Part shown: positions 1 to 12,880 of the stretch, in pieces
Layout: the number at the start of each line of letters is the position of its first letter
Position numbering within the stretch: the first letter of the stretch is position 1
DNA from: Eledone cirrhosa
Taxonomy: Eukaryota
Length of the DNA stretch: 64,000 bases
Direction: 5' to 3'
Assembly: GCA_964016885.1 (NCBI GenBank)
Contig: OZ024743.1
Location: 59,148,001-59,212,000 of the forward strand
The notes under the pieces: model-generated
What the model was told of the DNA's origin: nothing
What the model saw: the letters and a program-made list of their open reading frames with translations, nothing else
The model's database searches: none
Made by a program: the position numbers and the translations under genes

Positions 1-3000
1 TTTTCGTGGATTGATCTGTCGGGAATGGCGCATGTCTGCGCCTCTCCCACCAGACCACCAACGACAAGCGCCAACCTCTTTGCTAGCACATTGGTCAAAC
101 TCTTGAACTCTGTGTTTAGCAGAGTTATGGCCCTGAAATTATCTATGTTATCCCCCTTGTTCGGATCCTTTCTCAGCAGCGCCACAGCTCCTCGGCTCAC
201 AGAGCTGGGAATTCTCCCGTTCTGTTGCCATTGTAGTAGACGTCCGCCAAATGGTCTCCGAGCAAGTCTGACATATGTACGTAAAGTTCATAGGGCAGAC
301 CATCCAACCCAGGCGATTTACACTTGTGCAGCTAGTCATTGCCTCCCGTACTTCAACGGATGTTATCGGCTTTTCGCAACATTCCGCCTCAGTGGCCGAG
401 AGCCGCGGCAGTCCGTCGAGGTAGACACTAAAGTCCATCCCTCGATCCGGCCCGCCGCTGCCCCGAAGTGTCGCTGAAAAGCTTCCCACATTTTCCCGGG
501 ATCGAGTATCATGCACCCGTCCTGGTCCACCAAAGACCGGATCGTGGCTTTGTTGCCACGAGCGCCTCCGCCACTCGGGCCCATTGAACGGCTTTCGTCC
601 CCTCGTGTCTGAGAGCACGCACCCTAGCTCTGACAAGACAACGCAACCTTCGTGCTTTGCATTGAAGAATTGGTCAAGGGCCAATTTCGCCTGAAGTACG
701 TCGGTCGCGATGTCTTTGCTGAGCGCCTCGTCTAATTGTCTAACTAATTCTCGATCTGCTCTATTTTTCTCTATTGCTAAAGCCTTACTAAACCTAATGG
801 ACTAAATTGCTAAACCTAATTGCTCTTTTAAGAGCAAACCACCACTTGTAGTTGACGATGGCCCCCGTCAACGCCCGCTTAACTAGTTCGCTAAGCCGGT
901 CTCTGTAGGCCTTGCGCGCTGGTAAGGACGCGTTTAGCTTCCAGGAGTTGGGTCCTCGTCTATGAAGCCTATCTAAGTCAAGCATACATATCACGAATTT
1001 GTGGTCCATGTAGCTGACTATCTTGAATTGTGGACATCCTATGCTAGACCTATCTATTTCCCTACAAAATACTCTATCTAGATATGATCTGGATGAACCT
1101 ATGCGATTTGTCCAAGTCCACATTGGCACATTCGGGAAATCCAATCGGTACATGTCAGACAGTTCAAAACGCCTGAGCAAGTTGGTGAGGCTCTTGCACC
1201 ATCCTCCCCTATCCGCTAATCCTACACAGTCCCAGCGTGCATCTAATATCCTGTTCCAGTGGCCCACTAACACTAAAGAGCGGGACGTTCCAAGAAAGGT
1301 CTCCAGACGCCGGAATAAATCAGGCCGCCCTGCACCTGTCGGGGCATAGACGGCCACTAGCCTGAAAGCTAGCCCGTGTCCGCTGGTCACGTCTAGCACC
1401 ACCAACTTACCTTCTGGGTCCAGGAAGATGGCCCGTATGGCGAAATCCAAACCTCTCCGAAAAAGCACAGCAAATCACCCCCCCCCCACCCTGTTCCCGG
1501 ACGTCTGGGAGATGCGTACACATCGTAGCCGCCGAACATCGGTGCGAAGGCCCGTGCTTCGGAGATTCTGGTCTCGATGACGGCCACTACATCCATGTTT
1601 AGTGACGTGAGGTCGTTGAGCGCAGGTGGCAATGCTTCCATGACGACCCCAAGCCACGCGCATTTATGCTGCCTATTCTGAGTGAGGTCATGTTGAAATG
1701 GAGTGGAAAAGATGGGAAAGACCACTTACTTTACTTCTCGTAGAGGAAGGATGGTTTATCCACCTTTTTCTCTGCTTGTGGTCTCCTCCGGAAGGATGTC
1801 CTTATAATTCCTCATGGAGAGTGTTTATCGGAAGTCTCCGATGTCTTTGGGGAATTTTTGTTTTAGTGTCGTGTACGTTTTCTGTGTGATGCGAGTGATT
1901 TGTATGTGTGAAGGTGGTGTAAACTTTTGGGTTGTTGTGTAGTCTTTTTCTGTGATGCTGGTGTTGTGTTGCATGTAGTGTAATAATTGGTTGTTGTTCA
2001 AATTTAATGCTGTGTAGTGTGTATCGTTTTGGTTGTTTTGTTTTGTTTGCGTTTGTTGTGGGTTTGTTTCTGTTACGCTTTTTGGTGACTTTTGTGGTGT
2101 TGGTGATGGTGGCGTTGGGGTTAATGATGGTGATGGTGTTGGTGTTTGTGGTGATGGGGTTGGTGATGCTGGTTTGGATGGTGGCATATCTCTCCTAACT
2201 TTTTTGTTTGATAATGTATTTGTTTCCCTCTGTATTTTGTTTTTTTGAGGAGAAAGAAGAGAACTTTTTCTTTTTTGGTTTCTTTTTTTCTCTTTTCCTG
2301 ATACCGTTTCTCACTCCTCGTCGTCACAATCTGTCTCCATTTGCGATAAGCCGGGGTGTGGAAAATCCTCCACAGCCGTTGGTTTTGATTGTGGCGTGGT
2401 GGATGGTGTAGGCGCTGGTGCTAGTTCTGGCGTGTTGGGTGGTGGTGGTGTTGGTTTTGCTACTGTTGCTTCTGTTGTTGCTGCTACAGTTGTTGCAGCC
2501 ATTTCTGCTGCTGGTGGTGTTGATGGTTGAGTCACTGGGGTGGGTAAGAGAGATGGCCTCAACTTTTTAGGCTGAGGGCAGAAAGCCCTTAGGTGGGTTC
2601 CTTCACCAAAAACGACACACCTAGGTCTTCTGCCCTCGACGATTACGGTGAGGTGGCTGCTGTCAGTGAAGTATATTACCTCTGGGATCTCCTCAATGCT
2701 TTTATGGTGCGCTTGGATCAGGAGCTCCATCCAAGATGCGGACCAGTTCTCCTGCTATTTCGATTATCTTGGTGTTGGCCTCGATGCCGGCGAGGACGGC
2801 AGCCATTAGCCATGGAATTTCGATGGCCGGTGGAACGTGGGTCACCCTGATCTTCACAAGTCTCTGGCCACAAGAGCTTGGGACGAGTGTGAAGTCGTCA
2901 CTACTTAATGGGGCCATGGAGTGTTCTCTGGCCTCCTGTGGTGTTTCAAAGAACACGTTCACGGTTCCATACTTCTGCCCACGTCTGATGTGGGTTTTTT

Positions 3001-3858
3001 TGCCCACACATGTCCCAAAGCTTTTTGTATTTGGGACTCGGATGCCCGTTCCACTCGGCGCGATTTTATGTTAATTGTCCGATAAGACACTGTGTTTAGG
3101 CGACGTTGCTCCATTTTATTAGGTGGGGGTGAGGCTGACCCTGTACCCATCTTTCTTTACCATTCCTTTGGCTTCTTCTAATTCCTCCTGAGTTACCTGG
3201 ATCGCTTCGCACGTTTTTGATACTCTGGCAAAACTCAGGGTAGTTTTCTCAATTTCATTGTTGCTTTTGTTGTTATCGTTATTTTCTTATATTGTTAATT
3301 CTAGTTTCAGTTGTGGTGGTGGTGGCGTCAGTGGTGTTCGGTGTGGAAGACTTTATTTTGGTTGAAATCATTTCGATTTCACGAGTTAATTTATTTTTTT
3401 CTTTTGTTTCTGTTGTTGCTGTGGTGGGGGTAGGGGTGGGGGTTGTCACGGTGGTGGTGGTGGGGGCGGGGCTTTAACACCTGCAGTCATTGGTAATGGC
3501 GGGAAATGAACGTCTGCCTGAGACAAATTAAAAATATTGCTACTGCTTACATTTCCAGTGTTGGCAAACGTAGCAATAGTTACAAAGGTGGTGTCGGTGT
3601 GATGCGTTAGATTGTGAGGTAGGAGTGACTCTGAGTCATCCATGATTTTTGAAAGAAAAATGTTTGTTTGATAATTATAAAGAGTTTAAATTTTGGGCTC
3701 AAGGCCCCAATATTTTTGAGTGTCCTTTTCAGAAATCAATGTATGTGCACTTATACACAGTTAGCAATAAAAATTTTCCATAAATGGCAATTTTAAACAA
3801 CTGAAATTAACAAACATTTGCGGAGCTCACGATGATACGATTTACTACGTAGGTCGTC
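1..3858 (-). mobile_element. L1/Tx1-clade non-LTR retrotransposon (5'UTR, ORF1, ORF2 APE and start of RT); frameshifted, runs off the window edge
   Basis: ORF1 pieces 3643-2311 include a degenerate zinc knuckle (RPRCVVFGEGTHLRAFCP) and low-complexity P/T tracts. ORF2 APE motifs lie at 1663-794 (VAVIETR, LVAVYAP, LVGHWN, SYLDRVF, YMDHKFV, WKLNASL). The RT start NFRAITLLNTEFKSLTNVLAKRL...QTCAIPDRSIHE reads on the minus strand at ~140-1. Confidence 0.9.
794..1690 (-). pseudogene. AP-endonuclease domain of L1/Tx1 ORF2 (frameshift at the poly-C near 1480)
   Basis: APE motifs are split between ORF track entries 1393..1725 and 794..1468. Confidence 0.85.
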
Positions 3859-3884
3859 AATAATAATAATAATAATAATAATAA

Positions 3885-4070
3885 TAATTGTTTCTACCTT
3901 AGGCACAAGGCCAGCAACCACCCAGTGCATTACTGGTACTTTATTTTATCGACCCCTTAAGGATGAAAGGCAAAGTCAACCTCGGCGGGATTTGAACTCA
4001 GGTCATAAAGGGACGTAATTATGCTGGAAAGCATGGCGTCCGACCCTCTACCGATACTGCCAATCCACCG
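3885..4070 (-). mobile_element. tRNA-derived SINE, family A (Deu/Nin-like central domain), with (ATT)n tail
   Basis: Sense strand has A box TGGCAGTATCGG, B box GAGTTCAAATCC and body GCCTTTCATCC...GGGTCGATAAAATAAAGTACCAG. About 13 copies occur in the window. Confidence 0.85.
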
Positions 4071-4095
4071 CAAATAATAATAATAATAATAACAG

Positions 4096-4800
4096 TAGGA
4101 ATGCCATAAGTGCAGTAAATTCCCGTGCTGTGTCTATTATTAGGATCTGTGGAGAGAGAGGGGAGACTGTGGCTCACATTGTATCCGAGTGTAAACACCT
4201 AGCCCAGACTCACTATAAAGGCTGGAGACATGATGTGATGGGCAGGGTGATCCACTGGCACCTATGCAAAGTAAACAATTTACCACATTCTGAGAAGTGG
4301 TATGAGCATAATCCAGAGTCGGTGATAGAAACCGATCAGGTGAAGGTGCTATGGGATTTTAGGATACAGACGGACAACAAACTGGAACACAATAGACCTG
4401 ACCTGGTGGTTTTGGACAAGGAAAAAAAGATCGTGCCTGATTGTGGATGTGGCCTGCCCATTCGACACGAGAGTGCAAGAGAAGGAGAGGGAGAAAATTA
4501 ACCGATACCAGGACTTAAAGTGGGAGGTAAAAAGGATTTGGAACTGCCATGAAGTCAAAGTGGTCCCGATTGTCATAGGCGTACTATCTCAAAAAGTTTC
4601 CAGGGATGGTTAAAGAAAATTGGCCCCGCCACGCTTTTTGGAACACTCCAAAAGGCATGCTTGCTGGGAACAGAAAGAACTCTCCGATACGTCCTGAATA
4701 TCTGAGGCTGCAGGTAGTGGCTTGATATTCATTTTAACAAACTTTCCAGTTAACTAACATCAATGACTGAGACTCAAAGAATAATAATAATTATTATTAT
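4096..4800 (+). mobile_element. 3' end of an R4/Dong-like RLE non-LTR retrotransposon (CCHC finger, PD-(D/E)xK endonuclease) with (TAA)n tail
   Basis: RICGERGETVAHIVSEC...RHD...RPDLVVLDK, then after a frameshift YQDLKWEVKRIW...VVPIVIG...LQKACLLGT. It is flanked by (TAA)n tracts, the known target of Dong elements. Confidence 0.85.
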
Positions 4801-5195
4801 AGACCTATCACATGTCTGTCCGTAATGTCGAAACTGTTGACAAGCATTGTGTCTGAGGAAATCTACCATCACCTCCACAAAAAACAACTTTTTACCGGAT
4901 GAACAGAAAGGATGCCGAAGGAAGTCCCGTGGTACAAAAGACCAGTTTCTTATTGATAAGATGGTAATGAAGAATTGCAAAAGGAGACACACTGGTCTTG
5001 CCATGGAATGGATAGATTACAAAAAGGCATTCGACATGGTACCTCATTCTTGGATAACCAAAAGCCTAGAGATCTTCAAGGTGGCAGATAACATCAGACA
5101 GTTGTTGAGCAAAAGTTTGAAGTCCTGGGAAACAGAGTTAACATCGGGTGGAGAATTCTTGGGAGGCGTGAAGATCAAGAGAGGTATCTTCCAGC
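4798..5195 (+). mobile_element. RT fragment of an R4/Dong-like element
   Basis: YRPITCL...[19 protein letters not shown]...[16 protein letters not shown]...IKRGIFQ (RT motifs up to the start of B). Confidence 0.85.
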
Positions 5196-6245
5196 CGAGG
5201 ATGCAACGTCAAGTTTGACGACATACAGTGGCAACAAGCCACTTTACCTGTCAGGTAGGGCACTTTTGTTTCCGGCCCCCGATCTCACTAGCTTTGCCGG
5301 CGTATCTTTCGTCGGTAACCTCATGACGCTTCCTCTTCAGCAGGGTTCTTCAAAACACAACAGAACCCTCTGTGTTCAGAGAACGTGAGGGCGCCTGTGT
5401 GACGTCGGACCGGCTGGGACTTAGCCCAGTAGACGTCCCTCCTCCTTCTCCCCTGTTGACGTCAAGTCTCCCCAACGCTCTTGGGATGCAATCCAGTGCA
5501 GCCTGGCCTCAGACAGGCTCACGTGCCAGCTCGACCAACACCGCCTTGCTTGTTATCGTGCGGTCTCCAAACCCCACTGTGGTGCCTGGCTCCATGCCCT
5601 GCCCTCCTTCTCCACTGACACGCACCTAGACAACAATAGCCTGCTCATCGACGTTTCCCTGAGGCTTAGCCCACGGATCTGCGACATACACCAATGTCGC
5701 TGTGGTTCCACAGTGGACTCTTTGGTCCTACACCCTCATTCCACGCCAGGCTGCCCTCAACGAGGTCAATAAGCATGGCTTGGACACTGCAGGCTTCCCT
5801 TCCCAGCTCGAGCCGGTGGGGCTGGATCGAGGGGACGATAAAAGGCCAGATGGCATGACCATCTTCCTGTTCCGCGGTGGCAAACCCCTCGTCTGGGATG
5901 CCACTTGCACCGACACTTTCTGCAGGCACAACATGGTGCAGTCTGCGACTGGCCCAGGTTCTGCTCCACTCAGGCTGAGGGGGAAAAACTCCTCAAATAC
6001 TGGTGGCTCTCCGACAGGTTTGCGGTCGTACTCCTGGTAGTGGAGACTTCTGGTGTCCTCAGCCACAGGGCGACCTCCTGACTCACCACCCTAGGCGCTG
6101 AGCTGGACAGCCATAGGTGTGAGCTCCGCGAGTTGGAGTGGCTTTTCCAGCTCGTCTCCCTTGCCGTCCTCCGGTGAAACGCCTTCTCTATTCTGTCCGC
6201 CGGGGCTGTGGGTGGGCCCCATCGCGTACCGTTGTAGTTGTAGAA
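5196..6245 (+). mobile_element. 3' fragment of a CRE-like RLE non-LTR retrotransposon
   Basis: GC-rich block encoding PRQAALNEV...LEPVGLDRGDDKRPDGMTIFLFRGGKPLVWDATCTDTF (RLE motif RPDG...WDAT). Confidence 0.75.
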
Positions 6246-6360
6246 GAAACAGGAAGATAATAACTGGAATGCTATATCTACAATAGTGACAGGCCTCAGT
6301 AGTTCTGCAGTCTATTATTTACTTGACTTATCATTATTATATATATATATATATATATAT

Positions 6361-6570
6361 TGAGTGAGACTGAAAGACTAAAGGTCATTATGGAATGTCT
6401 CTGGATTTCGAAAAATACATAATAGTGTTGAAGGTAAGATATTTTTCCTTAAAAATTTGATTGTACTCTTTTGAAAATGTTATTTTTCATAATAAAAAAT
6501 AAATGTAGGTAGGGTCCCCACATCTCCTGGCAACCAATATTTTAGACCCAGTCCACCATCTTTATACATA
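6361..6570. repeat. (TA)n-flanked dispersed repeat; a second, SINE-interrupted copy lies at 28050-28860
   Basis: Shared blocks: ctctggatttcg, gatattttt..aaaaatttgattg, ttttgaaaatgttattt, tggcaaccaatattttagaccca. Confidence 0.65.
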
Positions 6571-6592
6571 TTGACTTTATATATATATATAT

Positions 6593-7130
6593 ACATGTAT
6601 TTGTATTGTGAGGTTTTTGATATGAAATTGTGCGTCGAAACAATATTGTTATACTTGGGGAGGGTCATATTGTTGTAATAATATTGCCAGAATTAATAAC
6701 AGAACACACTCACTGTTTGGTTGGTTTTCGCTTCTGTATCTTTTATATCAGTTAATTCATTCGGTCCTCAATGTTTACCATTGACTGACCAACGGTCAAA
6801 AATACAGATATAATATAGACACAAACACATATATATAGTCTAACAAAGTTCTTTCGTTGCACATCTGCAACATCGTCAGTGGTCCTATTATGTTCCTCCT
6901 GTTGTATTGTCTATCTACGCCATCTACTTTGTTAGACTATATATATATGTTTATGTGTATATTATAACTGTATTTTTGACCGTTGGTCAGTCAATGGTAA
7001 ACATTGAGGACCGAATTAATTAACTGACATGAAAGATACAGAAGAGAAAACCAACCAAACAGTGAGTGTGTTCTGTTATTAATTCTGGCAATATTACACA
7101 ACAATATGACCCTCCCCAAGTATAACAATA
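6593..7130 (-). mobile_element. PLE pLTR-derived fold-back insertion (inverted arms 6643-6849 and 6926-7130) with an HHR
   Basis: About 205-bp inverted repeat in (TA)n. Its end (gttatacttggggagggtcat) resembles the 3' end of the PLE at 20221. Confidence 0.75.
6844..6885 (-). ncRNA. Type I hammerhead ribozyme motif (weak stem I)
   Basis: Sense: CCA CTGACGA T GTTGCA GATG TGCAAC GAAA GAAC TT TGT. Confidence 0.55.
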
Positions 7131-7144
7131 TATATATATATATA

Positions 7145-7186
7145 TAATTGGAAATCAGTAAAATCGAATCTCTGGCGGTTTGAAAG

Positions 7187-7229
<43 letters not shown>

Positions 7230-7975
7230 AATGCCAATCATTGTAAGTTTGAATCTGACATGCAAAAACACATATATGAATAAAGTAACCCCGAATCATA
7301 GTAGATTCATATATCACAGAGAGAAAGAGTGAGAGGCGAGGGGAGAGCAATGAAGTGCAACATAAATGAAACATGGATTACAGGTTTCAAATAATAGTCT
7401 AGATAGATGAGGAACGAAATGAGGATGTAGTTTATGGAACACCCAACTGATGTAGAAGTCAACCTTAAGTAGTAGCAATAACAGTAAGAAAGACATGAAA
7501 CGATGCCACTTCAATTTGGTTTGAAAATTTTGAAAGTAGGTTTTATAAGTGAGAATTTTGAGAATATTTTGGTAGTTGTCTCTGTGGCCTAACGATAGGT
7601 ACTAGAGACGGTGGAAATCCTTGCCTTGGGTTCAATCCTGGTCAAGAGGTACATGTAATCCTTTCCAGCTTATATTTTACAACCCATAGAAAAAAACGGA
7701 AATGGTTTAACGGGAACACTACTCCCAACCAGGATCGAACTTTAGACCAGGTTCGCCACCATCTTGAATCCTCCATCTAGGCCGCCGAGACAGCTACAAA
7801 AGTAAGGTGAACATTATTATAAACCTACTTTCAAAAAGATGTGGTGTCATTCATGGCTTTCCATGAACTATTAGTCACATTTAGAATTGATTTGTCAATC
7901 TTCCGGCTCTTTGGTGACAATCTTATTATTCCTATGTGTGTTTAATTGTTGAATTAATTTAATTTGATTATTTTA
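7145..7975. repeat. Repeat unit with two convergent tRNA-like segments inside an inverted repeat (copy 1)
   Basis: tRNA-like on + at 7578-7655 (TGGCCTAACG, GGTTCAATCC) and on - at 7720-7797 (CGGCCTAGATGG, AGTTCGATCC). Flanking IR: tgaaagtaggttttataa / ttataaacctactttca. Confidence 0.65.
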
Positions 7976-7981
7976 ACAAGC

Positions 7982-8013
<32 letters not shown>

Positions 8014-8017
<4 letters not shown>

Positions 8018-8750
8018 GGCAATCATTGGAAGTTTGAATCTGATATGCAAAAACATATAGATACAAATATCACAGAGAGGAAGAGAGAGGGGGGGTGCAG
8101 CAGAAATGAAACATGGATTACAGGTTATAATATACTCTAGATAGATGAGAAACAAAACGAGGAGGTTGTTTATGGAACACCCAAATGATTTAGAAGTCTT
8201 CCTTAAGTAGGAGCAATAACTGTTTCTACTTTAGGCACAAGGCCAGCCATAACCCAGTGCATTACTGGTACTTTATTTTATCGACCCCGTAAGGATGAAA
8301 GGCAAAGTCAACCTCGGCGGGATTTGAACTCAGATCGTAAAGGGACGTAACTATGCTGGAAAGCATGGCGTCCGACCCTCTACCGATACTGCCAATCCAA
8401 CGCGTTTAAGTAGGAGCAATAACATTAAAAAGACATGAACGACTCCACATCATTTTTGTTTGGAAATTTTTAAAGTAGGTTTATAAGTATGAATTTCCAT
8501 CAGATTTTCGAAGTCGTCTCTGTGGCCTAGCGGTAGCTACGTACGACTTTGGAGATCCTGTCCTTGGGTTCAATTCATTCAGTTTTTGTTTTACATCCCA
8601 TAGAAATAACTGAAAAGTTTTACTGGGAACCCTACTCCCAACCAGGTTCGAACTTCAGACCAGGGCACCACCGTTTATGATTCCGCCAACTAGGCCGACG
8701 AGACAACTATGAAATTATAATGGAGATTAATAATTATAAACGTACTTTCA
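8014..8750. repeat. Copy 2 of the convergent tRNA-like repeat, interrupted by SINE A
   Basis: Colinear similarity to ~7225-7835. Confidence 0.65.
8218..8405 (-). mobile_element. SINE family A with 18-bp TSD
   Basis: TSD ttaagtaggagcaataac at 8203-8220 and 8406-8423. Confidence 0.9.
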
Positions 8751-8994
8751 TACACATACACACACAAACGCATGCACACGCACACACACACGCATGCACA
8801 CACGTATACACACACATACACACACACATATATATATATGCATACGCACGCGCACAAGTATAGCTCTTTTTATAAAACAGCATCAACAGTTTTCCAAGAG
8901 ATGTCAACAGAAATGGACCTGTTATTTTTATATAAAGACATTTTTTCCAATTCCACCCTGCCTGTCCCTTCAATCTATCTTACTTCTTATTCTT

Positions 8995-9030
8995 TCTTCT
9001 GATGAAGGACTAGCGTGCAAAACGTTAAGA
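8995..9030 (+). ncRNA. Degenerate minimal hammerhead ribozyme in a pLTR remnant
   Basis: TCTT CTGATGA AGGACTAGCGTGC AAAA CG TT AAGA. Stem I TCTT/AAGA is intact; GAAA has become AAAA. Confidence 0.55.
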
Positions 9031-9161
9031 CCCTTTTCCTGCTATTTCAAGTTTTAACCTGATAGATTGCTTCCATATGGTGTAACGATTCTGTTGTTAT
9101 TTCTGTTTACCTTTTACATACACACACACACACAAACCCAACACACACACACACACACATG

Positions 9162-9204
<43 letters not shown>

Positions 9205-9207
<3 letters not shown>

Positions 9208-9419
9208 AACGATCGACTTTCGTCAAATCGGACCGAGGGAACAATGTTTCCGTTGGTCTTTCCAATTGCTAATACTATCTATCGGTCGCAACTCCAGGTA
9301 GAAGGAGCAACGTGAAATAAAGTGTTTGCTCAAGGACATAACGCATCGCCTGGTCCAGGAATCGAACTCACAACCTTACGATTGCGAATCCAATTCTCTA
9401 ACCACTCAGCCACACGCCT
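9205..9419 (-). mobile_element. tRNA-derived SINE, family B (CORE-like GTCCTTGAGCAA..CACTT)
   Basis: A box TGGCTGAGTGG, B box GAGTTCGATTCC. Related copies at ~38157-38420 (+) and ~44530-44778 (-). Confidence 0.8.
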
Positions 9420-9710
<291 letters not shown>

Positions 9711-9711
<1 letters not shown>

Positions 9712-9895
9712 GGAACCAGTAAGACCCCGACAGCTGAGCTCAAGCCGTTTCGACGGCTAATTCAGAATTAGCCGTCGAAACGGCTTTAGCTCAGCTGTCG
9801 GGGTCTTACTGGTTCCTATTACCCACTCTACTACCCCAAGTATTGAGTACTTTGGTGCGTTATGGTCCACCTGGTTCCTTACCACATTTCCTTCG

Positions 9896-9898
<3 letters not shown>
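9711..9898 (+). mobile_element. ~190-bp fold-back mini-element (family H) carrying the 3' half of an HHR
   Basis: Near-perfect palindrome 9711-9817 plus an ~80-bp tail. Contains GAAA-CAGCT/CGGCT-type stem III-TC-GGGGTC. Confidence 0.85.
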
Positions 9899-9929
<31 letters not shown>

Positions 9930-10155
9930 GAACATTTCGCCAAACGGCTGGACCAAAAAGCACCAGAATTGCATCATAGATGTAACTTTTTCAAAGTAAG
10001 AAAGTGAGGTTATTTTTGTCTTCTAAATTTCGTTAAAATATTAAAGATATTTTACCGTTTATTTAAATATTCATTTCTTTAAAATTTTCAAATGTCAACA
10101 CTTCCTGTTATACGACATTCCTCGCTCTTTCTTAGTATATATATATATATATATG

Positions 10156-10226
<71 letters not shown>

Positions 10227-11064
10227 TAAAATAACAGATTAAAGTTTAAGCAAAGAATCGCTGCTTTCACCCTTAACGGGATCTTCTGAAACTAACAAAG
10301 TCAATCTGTAAACGCAGAACTGGATATTTCAAAAAACGTTGCAACCGGAGGAAGACAGGAAGACGATACTTTGGTTCGTGGTAACGTTCGCTGGGGTGTG
10401 TGTATATCTGTACTTCTTGTTTTAGTTGACTTACGTCTCCGAACATTCGTGTATTTATATGTAGGTATGCGTGTGCGCTTGTTATATACGTATTTATTTA
10501 CTTATATACGTTTATGTAATTATTTATTTATTTGTACACAAGCATACACACACACACATATTTATATGTGCGTGGTTTTGTATACCCATGGTAAGGTTTT
10601 GCGTATGCTTGAGTATGTACGTATCTGTTTGCGTGTATGTATTTATTTGTTCCTATTACTTCTGTATTGTATTTATTTACTTTGTTCTTAACTCTGTAGC
10701 GGAGATTCATTTGGTCTCCTAGTTAGAATTTTAGTCTACGATTTCTGCTATACCATTTACGTGGTTTTGTCTTTGCGTGCTATTGTTCTCCACGCTCCAC
10801 ATATGACTTATTATCTTCGTTTTTTCGTTCATTGCCAGAGAACGTCTCTATGCACCACCTAAGAGAACATTAGTCTATACCATAAACGTGGTTTTGTCTT
10901 TGCGCGTAATTGTTTTTTACCGCTCCTATTAATGACGTTTAATTCGTTTTTTCCAGTTCTTTGCCAGCGAACGTTACCACGAACCAAAGTATCGTCTTCC
11001 TGTCTTCCTCCGGTTGCAACGTTTTTTGAAATATCCAGTTCTGCGTTTACAGATTGACTTTGTT

Positions 11065-11115
11065 AGTTTCAGAAGATCCCGTTAATGGTGAAAGCAGCGA
11101 TTCTTTGCTTAAACT
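11065..11115 (+). ncRNA. Hammerhead ribozyme with CAGAAGA core variant; further copies at 10243-10293 (-) and 12967-13017 (+)
   Basis: AGTTT CAGAAGA TCCC GTTAA (G/T)GGT GAAA GCA..TGC TT AAACT. Confidence 0.7.
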
Positions 11116-11289
11116 TTAATCTGTTATTTTAATAAATATTTGCTCTACGGTTCTTATATATTTGATATATATTTTCCTTATCGAGCTCTCTTTGGATTTT
11201 AGTCTTCAATGTTATTATTATTACTATTTGGCTCCTTCGGTTGAGCACTCTACTGACTTATATTCATCATTCAGAAACAACATCTGAAT

Positions 11290-12880
11290 ATTTCTATAAA
11301 GAACATACCCGTACCAAGCAGGAAAACATACCTAAAACTCCTGATACAGAAAACAGACACGTTCATTAAAAGGTTGCGTTGGCGTGCCTTTTATTTCGAT
11401 AATCCGCGAAAAGCAGACAACAAACAGGATAAATTAGGATTTAAAACTTATAATAACCCACCGTGGAACCCAGCATTGCTACCCTTCGAAAATGATGTCT
11501 AGGAACTCATTCGGAATATCAAATTTCGGAATAGGATCAATTCCTTCCAGCAAGACCTGAAGAATAGAATTCGTTCTATTAAGGATTCTAACGCCGTGCA
11601 CGTCCATTCCGACAAAACTGGCAACCTATATCAAGTGGAGCGCAGTACTTACCATCAACTACTACATAATGCTGTAACTAAGGATTACCGTAAAACTAAT
11701 CGGTGCGTCATCAATGAAATCAACGATGCTGGGTTTAAAATCACATCTGATCTCAACATCCTGGACCGGAGCGAACCTCTGGACCCTATCTCTCCCCACT
11801 TTACCCTGAAGGATCACAAATCCAATTTTCCGAACAACCCCTCTATTCGGCTTATTAACCCTACGAAGTCCGATTTAGGTAGACTTAGTAAAACGATTCT
11901 TGATAGAATTATACCTGAAATTAGAAGTTTGGCCCTTCTCGCACTGTGGAACAATTCTTGCGCGGTGATTGATTGGTTCAACGGCATATGTAACAAGGAA
12001 CATTGCCGTTTTATCCAATTCGACATCAACAATTACTACTCCTCCATCACTTTACCACTTCTCCTTAGAGCTATCGATTTCGCTAAAACACTCACAGTGG
12101 TTAAGGATTTTGAAGTTGATGTCATCCTTAATGCCCGAAAGTCGGTGATTAATTTCGACGACTCTATTTGGATTAAAAAATCCAATAGTACCCCATTCGA
12201 CGAGAGTATGGGCGCCAGTGACTGCGCGGAGGTTACTGATCTTATTGGCCTTTTCCTTCTTTTCTCTATCAAGGACGAATTCCCCAACGCGAGCGGTGGT
12301 TTGTACCGTGACGATGGTCTTTTGACCATGACTAAGTGCGGACCTCGTGCTTACGACAGGTTCAGAAAAGAACTCACAGCCTTCTTTAAAGGCTTCAACC
12401 TCTCTATACAGGTTGAGGCCAATTTCTCGGTCGTTAATTACCTCGACGTTACCCTCAATTTATTGAATGGGTTGTATTACCCGTATAGAAAGCCGAATGA
12501 TACGCTTAATTACATAAGTAAGCATTCCAACCATCCTGCCAGCATAACCAAGAACCTTGTAAGAAACGTTTCGTTGAGGCTTTCCCGTCTTTCCACCAAC
12601 GAGCGCATTTTCAACGACCATTCCACTTATTACAATGAAGCTCTTGCTCGAAGTGGATTTGTCGATAAGGTAGCATATACAGAGTACGAAAATAGACCTA
12701 GAAGAAATAGATCCCGTCGCATTTGTTGGTTTAACCCACCATATAATATGGAGGTGGCCACACCATTAGCTAAGATCTTTCTTTCCCTTATTACGAAGCA
12801 TTTTCCCCTACACATAAATATAGTAACATTTTTAATAGAAATACTATTAAAATTTCTTACTCTACGACTCCTAACCTTGC
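11290..12880 (+). pseudogene. PLE reverse transcriptase (stop near 11500, frameshift near 12810, C-terminus lost)
   Basis: RLRWRAF..., SDKTGNLY, TLKDHK, RLINPTKSDLG, FDINNYYSSI, MGA, LYRDDGL, VNYLDV, SNHP, WFNPP. Confidence 0.9.

Noticed and set aside
25-477. 150-aa plus-strand ORF and other antisense ORFs over the LINE
   Set aside because: They are shadow ORFs of GC-rich retrotransposon coding sequence.
3885-4800. SINE A mobilised by the adjacent Dong-like element
   Set aside because: No shared 3' sequence was seen, and the sense tails differ, (ATT)n vs (TAA)n.
7578-7797. Functional tRNA genes
   Set aside because: A and B boxes are present, but no clean cloverleaf or anticodon arm could be built and the copies diverge.
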